A stretch of 58,290 nt of DNA. Origin: Marinilabiliales bacterium. GTDB lineage: Bacteria > Bacteroidota > Bacteroidia > Bacteroidales > BM520. Positions 19,234 to 29,587 of this stretch are shown here, piece after piece (the stretch's first letter is position 1; each line of letters opens with the position of its first letter). The notes under the pieces are model-generated. The model searched no databases, was not told the DNA's origin, and saw only the letters and a list, made by a program, of their open reading frames with translations. The translations under genes and the position numbers were made by a program. The DNA lies in assembly GCA_002869405.1 (NCBI GenBank), contig PKSY01000157.1, forward strand, positions 1 to 58,290. The letters are read 5' to 3'.

Positions 19234-20116
19234 AGGAAAAAAACAAGCACTGGGCAGAGGGCTCGATGCCATACTTAAAAGCCCCGATACAGATATTACA
19301 TCCAAAGATATCTCAGGAAATTATGTTGTGGGTGCAGTGGCAGAACTCCCGATACAATCGATAGAAGCAAATCCTTTCCAACCAAGAGACCACTTTGAGG
19401 AAGAAGCGCTTAACGAGCTGGCTGAATCCATTAAATACCAGGGGATAATACAACCCGTTACTGTTCGCAAGTTAGGATACGAAAAATATCAGCTGATTTC
19501 CGGTGAACGTAGGTTAAAAGCATCTAAAATTGCCGGCCTGAAAAGTATACCTGCTTTTATCCGCGTTGCCAATGATCAGCAGATGCTTGAAATGGCTCTG
19601 GTTGAAAATATTCAGCGTGCCAACCTCAACCCCATCGAGGTGGCAATAAGCTATCGGCGCCTCATTGAGGAGTGTAACATCACTCAGGAAACTCTGGGTG
19701 AAAGAGTTGGTAAAAACCGCTCTACAGTTACAAATTACCTCAGGCTGCTTAAGCTGCAACCGGAAATTCAACTTGCGCTTCAGGAAGAAAAAATCTCAAT
19801 GGGTCATGCCAGAGCGCTGCTTGCCATGGAAGAGGATGATCGAAGACTGCAACTCCTGGAAGAAATCCTTCGTGATAACCTCTCAGTAAGATACATCGAG
19901 AGAATATCCCGCGAGGAAAAACAGCAAAAAAAGGTGGTAACCAGAAAATCCAATACTCCTCTACCCGAGCGATTTAACAGGGCTCAGGATAATCTGAAAG
20001 GTGTTTATCAGTCTAAAATACAAATTAAAAGAAGCCTTAACGGGAAAGGATCTATCACTATTCATTTTGATAATGATTCTGATTTTGAAAGACTGATGGA
20101 GCTGATGGATAAATAA
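19223..20116 (+). CDS. parB: Chromosome partitioning protein ParB/Spo0J
   Basis: 297 aa. ParB box IQPVTVRK...YQLISGERRLKASK, followed by an HTH region. Confidence 0.95.
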   Translation: MTTKGKKQALGRGLDAILKSPDTDITSKDISGNYVVGAVAELPIQSIEANPFQPRDHFEEEALNELAESIKYQGIIQPVTVRKLGYEKYQLISGERRLKASKIAGLKSIPAFIRVANDQQMLEMALVENIQRANLNPIEVAISYRRLIEECNITQETLGERVGKNRSTVTNYLRLLKLQPEIQLALQEEKISMGHARALLAMEEDDRRLQLLEEILRDNLSVRYIERISREEKQQKKVVTRKSNTPLPERFNRAQDNLKGVYQSKIQIKRSLNGKGSITIHFDNDSDFERLMELMDK

Positions 20117-20126
20117 ATCTTTCTCC

Positions 20127-20702
20127 ATGAACAACATCCTGAAAATCATATTTTTAACCTTTGTATTCTGGTTTATTGCCTTAACAACAATTGCACAGGA
20201 ACAAGATACTATTGTTGTTAAAAAAGAGACTCCGGCGTCACTTTCAAAGCACTCACCCAAAAAAGCAACTCTGTATTCAGCTGTTTTACCGGGACTTGGA
20301 CAGGCTTACAATAAGAAATACTGGAAAATCCCAATTGTATATGCCGGATTTGCGGGATGTTCATATCTGATTATCAGCAATAATACCGAATACCGCAAAT
20401 TTATTGCAGCATATGAATATATTGATGGCGGTTCGGTGGGAGATCCTCCGAATGACTATGCCATAAGATATCCTTCCACCGACCAGCTTATTAACGGTCA
20501 GTATCAGTACCGAAGGGCATTGGAACAAGCTGTGATTCTTACAGTTGCATGGTATGGACTGAATATCATCGATGCTACCGTAGATGCGCATTTCTTTGAT
20601 TTTGATATTTCTGAAGATTTAACCCTCGACTGGCGTCCGGCGATAATACCAACCGCTCTGGGAACTAATTTTTCAGGGTTGACGCTGACATTAAAATTCT
20701 GA
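20127..20702 (+). CDS. DUF5683 domain protein
   Basis: 191 aa. SAVLPGLGQAYNKKYWKIPIVYAGF is the hallmark motif. Conserved position after parB in Bacteroidota. Confidence 0.75.
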   Translation: MNNILKIIFLTFVFWFIALTTIAQEQDTIVVKKETPASLSKHSPKKATLYSAVLPGLGQAYNKKYWKIPIVYAGFAGCSYLIISNNTEYRKFIAAYEYIDGGSVGDPPNDYAIRYPSTDQLINGQYQYRRALEQAVILTVAWYGLNIIDATVDAHFFDFDISEDLTLDWRPAIIPTALGTNFSGLTLTLKF

Positions 20703-20704
20703 TT

Positions 20705-21442
20705 ATGAAAATTGCAGTTATAGGGTACGGCAAAATGGGAAAAACAATCCATGCGCTGGCCTCACAAAAAGGACATACCATAACCTGCACCATTGACAAT
20801 CAGGAGGAGTGGAATAATTCATGTAAACCACTTGGGGAGGTCGCCGATGTTGCAATCGAATTCTCCATTCCTGAAGCTGCAACACAAAATATTCTGCGTT
20901 GCTTTAAAGAAAATATTCCGGTAGTTTGCGGAACAACAGGCTGGCTTCACGACCTGGACATGGTAACAGAAGCCTGCAATAAAGCAAATGGAACTCTAAT
21001 CTATGCGCCAAATTTCTCCCCGGGTGTAAATCTTTTTTTCTCTCTCAATGAGTGGATGGGTAAGCTCATGAACAAATTTTCGGATTACGACACCTCTATT
21101 GAGGAAATTCACCATACGCAAAAACTCGATGCACCATCCGGAACAGCCATTCCTCTGGCAAATAAACTAATCGAAGAGATGGAAAGATTAAAAAAATGGG
21201 TTCCAGCTGAAGAGGCTTCGGAAGATTTAAGTGAACTTCCCGTTTTCAGTGAGCGTATTGAAGATGTTACCGGAATTCATACTGTTACCTGGGAATCGGA
21301 AATCGACCAGATTCAAATAAGGCATACAGCAAAAAACAGATCCGGATTTGCATATGGAGCTGTTTTAAGCGCAGAATGGATCCATAAAAACAGAAAAACA
21401 GGGGTATTCCCCTTTCAAAAGATACTTTTTAATGCTTTTTAA
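20705..21442 (+). CDS. dapB: 4-hydroxy-tetrahydrodipicolinate reductase
   Basis: 245 aa. N-terminal Rossmann KIAVIGYGKMG and catalytic block EIHHTQKLDAPSGTA. Confidence 0.9.
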   Translation: MKIAVIGYGKMGKTIHALASQKGHTITCTIDNQEEWNNSCKPLGEVADVAIEFSIPEAATQNILRCFKENIPVVCGTTGWLHDLDMVTEACNKANGTLIYAPNFSPGVNLFFSLNEWMGKLMNKFSDYDTSIEEIHHTQKLDAPSGTAIPLANKLIEEMERLKKWVPAEEASEDLSELPVFSERIEDVTGIHTVTWESEIDQIQIRHTAKNRSGFAYGAVLSAEWIHKNRKTGVFPFQKILFNAF

Positions 21443-21510
21443 CATTCAGCAATACCTGCCATTAGAAACATATATGCATATTTGTCGTTAATAAATTAAA
21501 TTTTTCAATC

Positions 21511-23043
21511 ATGGACGGAGTTATTCTCACTTTCCTTCTGGTAAAGATTTTCTTTCCCGCACTGGTATATAAAACATTTGAAGAGGCCGGATACAATGGA
21601 TATACAGCATTCATTCCGGGTTACAACTATTATATCTGGTTAAAAATTGTCAAAAAGCCCATTTGGTGGCTTTTGTTCATTTTTATGCCATTCATCGCAT
21701 ATTTCATGCTGTTCCTGCTGTCGGTGGAAACCGCAAAATGTTACCGAAAAAACGACCTGGGAAACCAGGCACTGGCAGTAATCTTCAGTATTATTTACCT
21801 TCCCTATCTTGGGTTCAGTAAAAATGAAAAATATACCCATCCTGATGAGCTGCCGCCTTTCAAAAAATCCACTACCCGTGAATGGGTGGATGCAATCATC
21901 TTTGCAGTGGTTGCAGCCAGCATTATCCGAATGTTCATATTTGAAGCATATACTATTCCCACATCCTCAATGGAAAAATCTTTGCTCGTAGGAGATTTTC
22001 TCTTTGTTAGTAAAGTAGCATATGGCCCCAGAGCACCTGAAACGCCATTGTCATTTCCTTTTGTACATCATACAATGCCGCTGACTAAAAGCACGAAATC
22101 ATATCTTGGCTGGCTAAAAATGCCATACTACAGATATCCCGGTTTTACCAGTGTGAAGAACAATGACGTTGTAGTTTTTAATTACCCTGAGGGTGATACT
22201 GTTTCAACAGCTTTCCAGAGTAATGCAAGTTATTATTCACTGGTACGACAGTATGGAAGAAAACGTGTAAACAACGACAAACGAAACTTCGGAGATATTG
22301 TTTACCGTCCGGTTGACAAGCGTGAGAACTATATTAAAAGATGCATCGGTATTCCCGGAGATGTTATTGAAATCAAAGATGCTGTTGTTTATGTAAACGG
22401 TGCAAGAAATGAAGATCCGGGAATCAAACAGCTTTCGTACAGGGTTAAAACTAACGGGCAGACCATCAACAACCGTGTATTCAAAGATCTTGATATTACT
22501 GAGAAACCTTCATTTAGTAGTCTTACAAATGAGTATATTTTAACGCTGACCGAAGAAAGTGCTGCAGAAATCGCAAAACTTCCAAATGTGACTTCCGTTA
22601 ATGAATATATTACTCCCGCAGAACAGTACTTTGAGATTGGTGCCCAGAACTACCTTTTCCCTTATGATACAAACTTCCAGTGGACTGTGGATAACTACGG
22701 CCCCATCAGGCTTCCTAAAGAAGGCGTTGAAATTGAGCTGACTGAAAAAAACCTTCCCTTATATGAACGAATGATTACTGTTTATGAAGGTAATGAACTG
22801 GAAGTCAGAGATCATAAAATCTACATTAACGGAGAAGAGACTTCCTCTTATACACCCAAAATGGGCTACTACTGGATGATGGGTGACAACAGACATAACA
22901 GTGCGGACAGCCGCTTCTGGGGTTATGTTCCTGAAGATCATATCGTAGGAAAAGCTTCCTTCGTGTGGTTATCACTGGACAAAAACCGCACTCTTTTTGA
23001 CGGTAAAATACGCTGGAAAAAACTTATGAGAAAAATATCTTAA
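21511..23043 (+). CDS. lepB: Signal peptidase I with N-terminal DUF5684-like membrane region
   Basis: 510 aa. S26 motifs IPTSSMEKSL (Ser nucleophile), YIKRCIGIPGD (Lys box), GDNRHNSADSRFWGYV. Confidence 0.9.
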   Translation: MDGVILTFLLVKIFFPALVYKTFEEAGYNGYTAFIPGYNYYIWLKIVKKPIWWLLFIFMPFIAYFMLFLLSVETAKCYRKNDLGNQALAVIFSIIYLPYLGFSKNEKYTHPDELPPFKKSTTREWVDAIIFAVVAASIIRMFIFEAYTIPTSSMEKSLLVGDFLFVSKVAYGPRAPETPLSFPFVHHTMPLTKSTKSYLGWLKMPYYRYPGFTSVKNNDVVVFNYPEGDTVSTAFQSNASYYSLVRQYGRKRVNNDKRNFGDIVYRPVDKRENYIKRCIGIPGDVIEIKDAVVYVNGARNEDPGIKQLSYRVKTNGQTINNRVFKDLDITEKPSFSSLTNEYILTLTEESAAEIAKLPNVTSVNEYITPAEQYFEIGAQNYLFPYDTNFQWTVDNYGPIRLPKEGVEIELTEKNLPLYERMITVYEGNELEVRDHKIYINGEETSSYTPKMGYYWMMGDNRHNSADSRFWGYVPEDHIVGKASFVWLSLDKNRTLFDGKIRWKKLMRKIS

Positions 23044-23062
23044 AACTTCTAAAATAACTTTT

Positions 23063-23743
23063 ATGAAAAACAAAATCACACTTATCGTTGCAGCAATAGC
23101 ATTGATGCTGTCGCTGACTTCTTTAACACAGGCACAGAAACCATTCAAAGGAGTTGTTACATATGAAATTTCCTACCCGGGAGTGGAGCTGGATCCGATG
23201 ATGCAGGCACAGTTACCAACAATGATGACTTTCACCATGAAAGATAACATGGGTAAAATGGAAATGGCAACAGGTATGTTCACTCAGGGTGAAATAATTG
23301 ATGCTGATTCTAAAACACTCATTACCTTCATCGAAGCCATGGGCCAGAAATTCAAAATTGTGATGGATGCTGATATGGTAGCTGAAAAGAAAAGCGAAGC
23401 TCCAAAACCTGAAATCGAAAAAACAGGCGACACAAAAGAAATTGCAGGTTATAAATGTAAAATGGCTACTGTTGTTATGACCCTGGAAGACGGCACAGAG
23501 ATTGAAACTGATGTTTATTACACTGAAGACCTTTATAGCCCGGCAATGGATTTCAATAATGAATTTGAAGGAATTGACGGATTTCCATTTGAGTATATGA
23601 TGGATATGGGTCAGATGAAAATGAAATTCACAGTCACAAGTGTAAGTAAAGGCGGAGTTAAAAGCAGCGACTTTGAACTTCCCGAAGACTATAAGCAGGT
23701 TACCGAAGATGAGCTGAAAAGCATGTTTGGTGGTGGAATGTAA
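23063..23743 (+). CDS. Hypothetical secreted protein (possibly DUF4412-like)
   Basis: 226 aa, signal peptide, Met-rich. The family call is only a weak recollection. Confidence 0.55.
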   Translation: MKNKITLIVAAIALMLSLTSLTQAQKPFKGVVTYEISYPGVELDPMMQAQLPTMMTFTMKDNMGKMEMATGMFTQGEIIDADSKTLITFIEAMGQKFKIVMDADMVAEKKSEAPKPEIEKTGDTKEIAGYKCKMATVVMTLEDGTEIETDVYYTEDLYSPAMDFNNEFEGIDGFPFEYMMDMGQMKMKFTVTSVSKGGVKSSDFELPEDYKQVTEDELKSMFGGGM

Positions 23744-23762
23744 AAACCATTCACCTTTTAAT

Positions 23763-23797
23763 AAAAAAACCGGAGCGTTACTCGTTCCGGTTTTTTT
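23763..23797. terminator. Bidirectional intrinsic terminator between convergent genes
   Basis: AAAAAAA - accggagcg ttact cgttccggt - TTTTTTT. It serves both 23063-23743 (+) and msrBA (-). Confidence 0.8.
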
Positions 23798-23799
23798 CT

Positions 23800-24729
23800 T
23801 TAAAAGATCGGGCGCCAGATATGACAGTAGGGCGTACTCCCCTTCTTGTCATAATAATCCTGATGGTAATCTTCAGCATCATAAAATTTTACCGCCGGCA
23901 TTACTTTGGTTGCCACATCATAATCCTTTCGCTCTTCCAGGTATCGGATTGTTTTCTCCGCCACCTCCTTTTGAGCATCGGAAAAATAAAAAATACGCGA
24001 CAAATACTGTGTGCCAATATCTGGTCCCTGACCATTGGTTTGTGTAAAATCATGCGTTTCAAAGAATAAAACCACGAGGTCACGGTAACTTACAAGTGAT
24101 GGATCAAAAACAACTTTCACTGCTTCCACATGACCAGTCTTTCCGGTACAAACCAGCCTGTAATCAGGGTTTTCCAAATCGCCACCCGTGTATCCCACTG
24201 TTGTGGAAATCACACCTTTCTTCTTCGAAAAATGGTACTCAGTACCCCAGAAACATCCGGAAGCAAAAATGGCAGTTTCCGTTTTTGGAGTCTCCTTCTC
24301 CTGTTGAGGAATAAAATTCAATGAAACACTGTTAACACAATGCCGCACATTCTTGTCGGTAAAACCTTCACCTTCAAAAACATGCCCCAGGTGTGCATCA
24401 CAATTTGCACAAAGAATCTCAGTGCGGTAGCCATCAGCATCAGTCTGGCGCTTTATGGCGCCTTCTACTTCATCATCAAAACTTGGCCATCCACATCTGG
24501 AATCAAATTTATCATCCGAACGGTAGAGCAATGCATCACATCGCTTACAATGGTAAGACCCGTCTTCATAGTGGTTCCAGTAATCGCCCGTAAAAGGGTG
24601 TTCTGTTCCTTTATCTTCAATAACATATTTCTCCAGTGGAGTTAACTTAACCTCTTTCATCTCACTTTGACTAAATACTATGAATGAAAACAAACAGAAA
24701 CCCGCAAAAATCAATATTCGCCTTATCAT
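23800..24729 (-). CDS. msrB/msrA: Bifunctional methionine sulfoxide reductase MsrB-MsrA, secreted
   Basis: 309 aa with signal peptide. MsrB part: YHCKRCDALLY ... CANCDAHLGHVFEGEGF. MsrA part: AIFASGCFWGTEYHF ... GYTGG. Confidence 0.9.
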   Translation of the reverse strand: MIRRILIFAGFCLFSFIVFSQSEMKEVKLTPLEKYVIEDKGTEHPFTGDYWNHYEDGSYHCKRCDALLYRSDDKFDSRCGWPSFDDEVEGAIKRQTDADGYRTEILCANCDAHLGHVFEGEGFTDKNVRHCVNSVSLNFIPQQEKETPKTETAIFASGCFWGTEYHFSKKKGVISTTVGYTGGDLENPDYRLVCTGKTGHVEAVKVVFDPSLVSYRDLVVLFFETHDFTQTNGQGPDIGTQYLSRIFYFSDAQKEVAEKTIRYLEERKDYDVATKVMPAVKFYDAEDYHQDYYDKKGSTPYCHIWRPIF

Positions 24730-24803
24730 GTTGTTTGTTTTTAATATTTAGAAATGAACGCCTGTGATGATAAAATAGTTCACGCCCGTGTACGTTGATT
24801 TTT

Positions 24804-24811
24804 TATATTTG
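24804..24811 (+). promoter_or_regulatory. Bacteroidota -7 promoter box
   Basis: TATATTTG lies 21 nt upstream of the ftsK ATG. Confidence 0.5.
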
Positions 24812-24832
24812 TAGTTTAAAGTAAACAAGATA

Positions 24833-27346
24833 ATGCCAAAAGCCAATACCATAAAAAAGAATGTAGTAAAACAGACTTCCCTGAAAAGCGGAGGCAAGAA
24901 GCGGTCTTCACGCAAGAAAACCGGCAGGAAAGCTGCTTCAAAAAAGAATAGTGTCAGGAGTTTCTTCAAAGATGAGCGGGTAATCCTTATTTCCGGAATC
25001 TTTCTGATGTTGCTGGCGCTATATCTCACCACATCACTGGGCTCATTCTTATACAATTATTTGCGAATCGGTGTAGGCATTGATAATGCCGGAGGTTATT
25101 TTGGACGCAGAATTGGAAATCTTCTCATTTACCAATCTTTTGGACTGGGAGCATTTGCATTTGCGGTCTGGTCTTTTGTAGCCGGATTTAAACTATCCTT
25201 TAAAGATAAACTCGCACGTCCGTTTATAATCATCTGGCACTCTTCATTCTGGCTGTTATGGCTGCCCGTAACAATGTCATTGCTATTTGTTAACGAACCC
25301 TGGATTGTATTAGGCGGAGCGTACGGCCTGGTGATAAAAGATCTGCTTATTCAGGCTGTTGGAATCGTCTTTACAGCCATCATTCTTGCTTTCCTTTTTG
25401 TGTCATACCTGATCTTCGGGTTCAATATCCATAAAGTTATTAACCGCAAAAAAGAGAAAGAGAACAGTGATAAAGAAGACCTGAAAAAGAATGGCTCCGG
25501 CAATGCAATCAAAGAGGATATCTTCAACACCAATGAATTTGCAGTAGATGATGAAGAGGATGACGATTTTTCCTCGCTTCCTGATTCGAAGCCCGAAGAA
25601 TCACCGGCTAATGAAGATCAAAATAAAAACAGTGAAGAGCTGATACAGGCCACCGAGCTTGACCTCAAGGCTCCGCCGGCAAATGAGCAGAAAAAAGATA
25701 AACCGGGTACTGAAGAAGATATTGAATTCAGCGTAGAAGATGTTAAGGAAGAAGATACTGTTAAGAATGCAGATAAGCATCAAAAACATTTTGGTATAGA
25801 TTCAGATTACGACCCACGGCTCGATCTGGCAGATTTTAAATTCCCAAGTATCGAATTATTAATTGACTATGGTGGAGGAACAGTAAGTATCAATAAGCAG
25901 GAGCTGGAAGAGAATAAGAACAAAATTGTAAAAACACTGAACAACTACGCCATAAAGATTGATCAGATAAAAGCAACTGTCGGACCGACAATTACACTTT
26001 ATGAAATTGTTCCTGCTCCCGGTATCAGAATCAGCAAGATTAAAAACCTCGAGGATGACATTGCATTGAGTCTTTCTGCACTGGGGATACGTATCATTGC
26101 ACCAATACCAGGTAAAGGAACCATTGGTATAGAAGTTCCGAACAGGAAGCCTCAGATCGTATCCATGAAGTCTATTATAAACAGTACAAAGTTTCAGGAT
26201 AATAATTATCAACTTCCAATCGGGTTAGGAAAAACTATTGCCAACGAATCATATGTAGCAGATCTCACTAAAATGCCTCACCTGCTGATTGCCGGTGCCA
26301 CAGGACAGGGTAAATCTGTTGGGCTGAATGCCATTCTTACTTCGCTGTTATATAAAAAACATCCCAGTGAGCTGAAGCTTATTCTCGTGGATCCGAAAAA
26401 AGTGGAACTCACTCTTTTTAACAGAATAGAGCGTCATTATCTGGCTAAACTTCCTGATTCTGAAGAGGCAATTATTACGGATACACGCAAGGTCGTTCGC
26501 ACGCTTAACTCACTGATCATTGAAATGGAGAACAGGTATAACCTGTTGAAAGATGCTCAGGTAAGAAATGTAAAGGAGTATAACGCAAAATTCATTAAAA
26601 GAAAGCTTAACCCTGAAGAGGGACATCACTACCTGCCATATATTGTATTAGTTGTCGATGAATTTGCCGATCTTATAATGACTGCAGGAAAAGAGGTTGA
26701 GGCACCAATTACCCGGCTTGCGCAACTTGCCCGTGCCATTGGAATACATCTTATTATTGCCACACAGCGACCATCAGTAAATATCATTACAGGTACTATC
26801 AAGGCCAACTTCCCGGCTCGTATTGCCTTCAGGGTTGTGTCAAAAATGGATAGCCGCACTATTCTCGACAGCGGCGGAGCAGATCAGCTTGTTGGTCGGG
26901 GTGATATGCTGTTAAGTACAGGAAGTGATATCACACGCCTGCAATGTGCCTTTGTAGATACTCCCGAAGTGGAAGAAATTACAGACTTTATCGGCACACA
27001 ACGTGGTTACCCCGATACATATGCACTTCCTGAGGTTCCTGACGAAGAGAGCGACAGTGTTCCTGAATTTGACAGTGCCGACAGAGATCCTCTCTTTGAA
27101 GAGGCTGCACAGGTCATCGTTTCCAACCAGCATGGCTCCACTTCTTTGCTTCAGCGAAAGCTAAAACTTGGATATAACAGAGCAGGAAGACTTATTGACC
27201 AGCTGGAAGCAGCCGGAATCGTAGGCCCGTTCGAAGGCAGCAAAGCCCGTGAGGTAAAAGTTGGCTCTGAAATGGCTCTGGAACAGTTTTTGAAGGATCT
27301 CTACGCTCGTGAAGGCAAGAATAATGATCAGCAAATGCCGTTTTAG
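24833..27346 (+). CDS. ftsK: DNA translocase FtsK/SpoIIIE
   Basis: 837 aa. N-terminal TM helices, acidic linker, Walker A AGATGQGKSV, Walker B VLVVDEFADL, and C-terminal gamma wHTH STSLLQRKLKLGYNRAGRLIDQLE. Confidence 0.95.
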   Translation: MPKANTIKKNVVKQTSLKSGGKKRSSRKKTGRKAASKKNSVRSFFKDERVILISGIFLMLLALYLTTSLGSFLYNYLRIGVGIDNAGGYFGRRIGNLLIYQSFGLGAFAFAVWSFVAGFKLSFKDKLARPFIIIWHSSFWLLWLPVTMSLLFVNEPWIVLGGAYGLVIKDLLIQAVGIVFTAIILAFLFVSYLIFGFNIHKVINRKKEKENSDKEDLKKNGSGNAIKEDIFNTNEFAVDDEEDDDFSSLPDSKPEESPANEDQNKNSEELIQATELDLKAPPANEQKKDKPGTEEDIEFSVEDVKEEDTVKNADKHQKHFGIDSDYDPRLDLADFKFPSIELLIDYGGGTVSINKQELEENKNKIVKTLNNYAIKIDQIKATVGPTITLYEIVPAPGIRISKIKNLEDDIALSLSALGIRIIAPIPGKGTIGIEVPNRKPQIVSMKSIINSTKFQDNNYQLPIGLGKTIANESYVADLTKMPHLLIAGATGQGKSVGLNAILTSLLYKKHPSELKLILVDPKKVELTLFNRIERHYLAKLPDSEEAIITDTRKVVRTLNSLIIEMENRYNLLKDAQVRNVKEYNAKFIKRKLNPEEGHHYLPYIVLVVDEFADLIMTAGKEVEAPITRLAQLARAIGIHLIIATQRPSVNIITGTIKANFPARIAFRVVSKMDSRTILDSGGADQLVGRGDMLLSTGSDITRLQCAFVDTPEVEEITDFIGTQRGYPDTYALPEVPDEESDSVPEFDSADRDPLFEEAAQVIVSNQHGSTSLLQRKLKLGYNRAGRLIDQLEAAGIVGPFEGSKAREVKVGSEMALEQFLKDLYAREGKNNDQQMPF

Positions 27347-27357
27347 CATGTAGTAAT

Positions 27358-27365
27358 TATCTTTG
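27358..27365 (+). promoter_or_regulatory. Bacteroidota -7 promoter box
   Basis: TATCTTTG lies 30 nt upstream of ATG 27396. It overlaps the TTG start used in the ORF track, which argues against that start. Confidence 0.45.
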
Positions 27366-27395
27366 CCGCTTTATTTTTTTACGAAAAACTTTATC

Positions 27396-28034
27396 ATGAA
27401 AAGAATATCAGCATTACTTATTTTATTGATGCCCGTACTTTTTGCCGTCCAGGCACAAAATAAGGCAGACAAAATTCTGGAACAGTTCTCCGCTAACATG
27501 CAAAGCAAATCATCAATTACAGCAGAATTTGAATATCGTTTTGAAAACACCGCTGATGGTCTCAGCAACAGTTACAACGGAATTTTAAATCTAAAAGGTG
27601 ATATGTTCAGACTTGAGATTGCCGGGCAGATTATTATGAGCGACGGAATTTCCCTGTGGACATTCCTGCCGGATGACGAGGAAGTTCAGCTTAACAGCCT
27701 GGAAGAGACTGAGGGACTTTTTACTCCCGCAAAACTCTTTGCTTCATATACTGAAGATTATAAAGCTACGTATAATAAAGAGTACACGATTGGGCCAAAG
27801 ACAATACATGTAATTGATCTTGAGCCTAATGATAAAAGTCAAGGGTTTACCAGAGCACAAATGGAGCTTGACAAGAACTCCCTCGAATTAATAAGCTTTT
27901 CCGTATTTGATAAAAACAACAATAAATTCAGCTATATCGTAAACAAATTCTTCACCGGGAAGGTCACTGATGATTCAATCTTTGTATTTGATGCATCAGA
28001 ATATCCCGATGTAGAGATTATCGATATGCGATAG
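27396..28034 (+). CDS. lolA: LolA-like outer-membrane lipoprotein carrier protein
   Basis: Start trimmed to MKRISALLILL (signal peptide). ~212 aa. Conserved ftsK-lolA synteny in Bacteroidota. Confidence 0.7.
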   Translation: MKRISALLILLMPVLFAVQAQNKADKILEQFSANMQSKSSITAEFEYRFENTADGLSNSYNGILNLKGDMFRLEIAGQIIMSDGISLWTFLPDDEEVQLNSLEETEGLFTPAKLFASYTEDYKATYNKEYTIGPKTIHVIDLEPNDKSQGFTRAQMELDKNSLELISFSVFDKNNNKFSYIVNKFFTGKVTDDSIFVFDASEYPDVEIIDMR

Positions 28035-28706
28035 ATGGATTTCCATTCTGAATATGTATTCCCGGATATTGATCAGGCATCTCCCGAAGGACTGTTAGCC
28101 GTGGGTGGCGATCTTGAACCTGCCACACTGCTGGAAGCATACTCCAAGGGTGTATTTCCGTGGTTCTCACAATACGACCCAATACTTTGGTGGTCGCTGG
28201 ACCCCAGAATGGTATTATTTACCAATGAGATTCATTTATCAAAATCACTCAAAAGAGTCATCAGGTCAGGTAAATTTTCTGTATCTTTCGACGACCAATT
28301 TGAATCGGTAATAAAGAACTGCTCACGGTCTGAAAATGAAGACGATGAACGCTGGATTACCGATGAAATGATTGAAGCATATATCCGGCTGCATAAACTT
28401 GGATTTGCGCATTCGGTGGAAGTATCGATGAATGACAGATTGGTTGGCGGATTATATGGTGTTTCTTTGGGAAGAATGTTCTTTGGTGAGTCAATGTTTT
28501 TCAGGGTTCCGGATGCGTCGAAGGTAGCTCTTATTGCCCTGACTGAAAAACTCAGGAGTTTTGAAATAAATGTTATTGACTGTCAGCAGGATACAGATCA
28601 TATGCGCAGGATGGGCGCTCGGCCAATTCCACGGAGTGAGTTTAAAAAACTGCTGGCAGAAGCTATGAAATATGAGGCTGTAAAAGGCAATTGGAACAAT
28701 AGATAA
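28035..28706 (+). CDS. aat: Leucyl/phenylalanyl-tRNA--protein transferase
   Basis: 223 aa. Motifs GVFPWF, PILWWSLDPRMVL, GGLYGVSLGRMFFGESMF. Confidence 0.9.
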   Translation: MDFHSEYVFPDIDQASPEGLLAVGGDLEPATLLEAYSKGVFPWFSQYDPILWWSLDPRMVLFTNEIHLSKSLKRVIRSGKFSVSFDDQFESVIKNCSRSENEDDERWITDEMIEAYIRLHKLGFAHSVEVSMNDRLVGGLYGVSLGRMFFGESMFFRVPDASKVALIALTEKLRSFEINVIDCQQDTDHMRRMGARPIPRSEFKKLLAEAMKYEAVKGNWNNR

Positions 28707-28714
28707 TAATAGAT

Positions 28715-29191
28715 ATGGAAAGGTTTCAGGAAGAATTTTTACGTGAAGCGATCAGACTGGCAGAGGAAAATATTCATACCGGTGTCGGAGGTCCGTTTGG
28801 AGCTGTTGTGGTAAAAGACGGAAAAATAATTGCCAAAGGCTCAAACCACGTCACATCTCACAATGACCCAACGGCACATGCGGAAGTTGTTGCCATAAGG
28901 GAGGCCTGTAAAGTACTTAACGATTTCCAGCTGACAGGATGCGAGCTATATACCAGTTGTGAACCTTGCCCAATGTGTCTGGGGGCAATATACTGGGCGC
29001 GCCCCGACAGATTTTATTATGCCGGGAGTAAAAAAGATGCCGCAGATGCAGGATTTGATGACTCCTTTATTTATGAAGAGATTCCTCTTAAGCCTGAACA
29101 GCGCAGCATCCCCGGAAAACAGGCATTGCAACACGAGGCAGTAAAAGTCTTTAAAATCTGGACAGAAACAGAAAATAAAACCGAATACTAA
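28715..29191 (+). CDS. guaD: Guanine deaminase (CDA-fold, GuaD type)
   Basis: 158 aa. It aligns nearly end-to-end with my recollection of B. subtilis GuaD: GGPFGAVVVKDG, DPTAHAEV, YTSCEPCPMCLGAIYWAR, GFDDSFIYEEI. Confidence 0.8.
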   Translation: MERFQEEFLREAIRLAEENIHTGVGGPFGAVVVKDGKIIAKGSNHVTSHNDPTAHAEVVAIREACKVLNDFQLTGCELYTSCEPCPMCLGAIYWARPDRFYYAGSKKDAADAGFDDSFIYEEIPLKPEQRSIPGKQALQHEAVKVFKIWTETENKTEY

Positions 29192-29205
29192 GAAAGGAAA
29201 TAACA

Positions 29206-29586
29206 ATGAATTTTGAATTGGAAGGTACACTGATAGAGATTTACAAAACACAGGATATCTCTTCAACATTTAAGAAGCGTGAATTTGTAATTGAACATAA
29301 AGAAGAGAGCGGTGGTCGCGAGTTTATCAATACCATAAAGTTTCAGACGGTGCAGGATCGATGCCAGACCCTTGACAGCTTTAACATCAACGACAGAGTA
29401 AAAGTAAGCTTTAGTATAAAAGGCCGCAGATGGGAAAAAGACGGCAATGTCAACTATTTCAACAACCTCGAGGCCTGGCGCATTGAGTCTGCAGCGCAGA
29501 CGGCTCCACCACAGGCACCGCCGGAAGACCTCTCCGTTGACGACCTGCCACCATTACCCGAAGATTATAATGACCTCCCGTTCTAA
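29206..29586 (+). CDS. DUF3127 OB-fold protein with SSB-like C-terminal tail
   Basis: 126 aa. N-terminal ~95 aa resemble DUF3127 (FKKREFVIEHKEE...IKFQTVQDRC...VKVSFSIKGRRW). It is followed by a P/Q/A-rich linker and the terminal motif EDYNDLPF. Confidence 0.7.
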   Translation: MNFELEGTLIEIYKTQDISSTFKKREFVIEHKEESGGREFINTIKFQTVQDRCQTLDSFNINDRVKVSFSIKGRRWEKDGNVNYFNNLEAWRIESAAQTAPPQAPPEDLSVDDLPPLPEDYNDLPF

Positions 29587-29587
29587 G

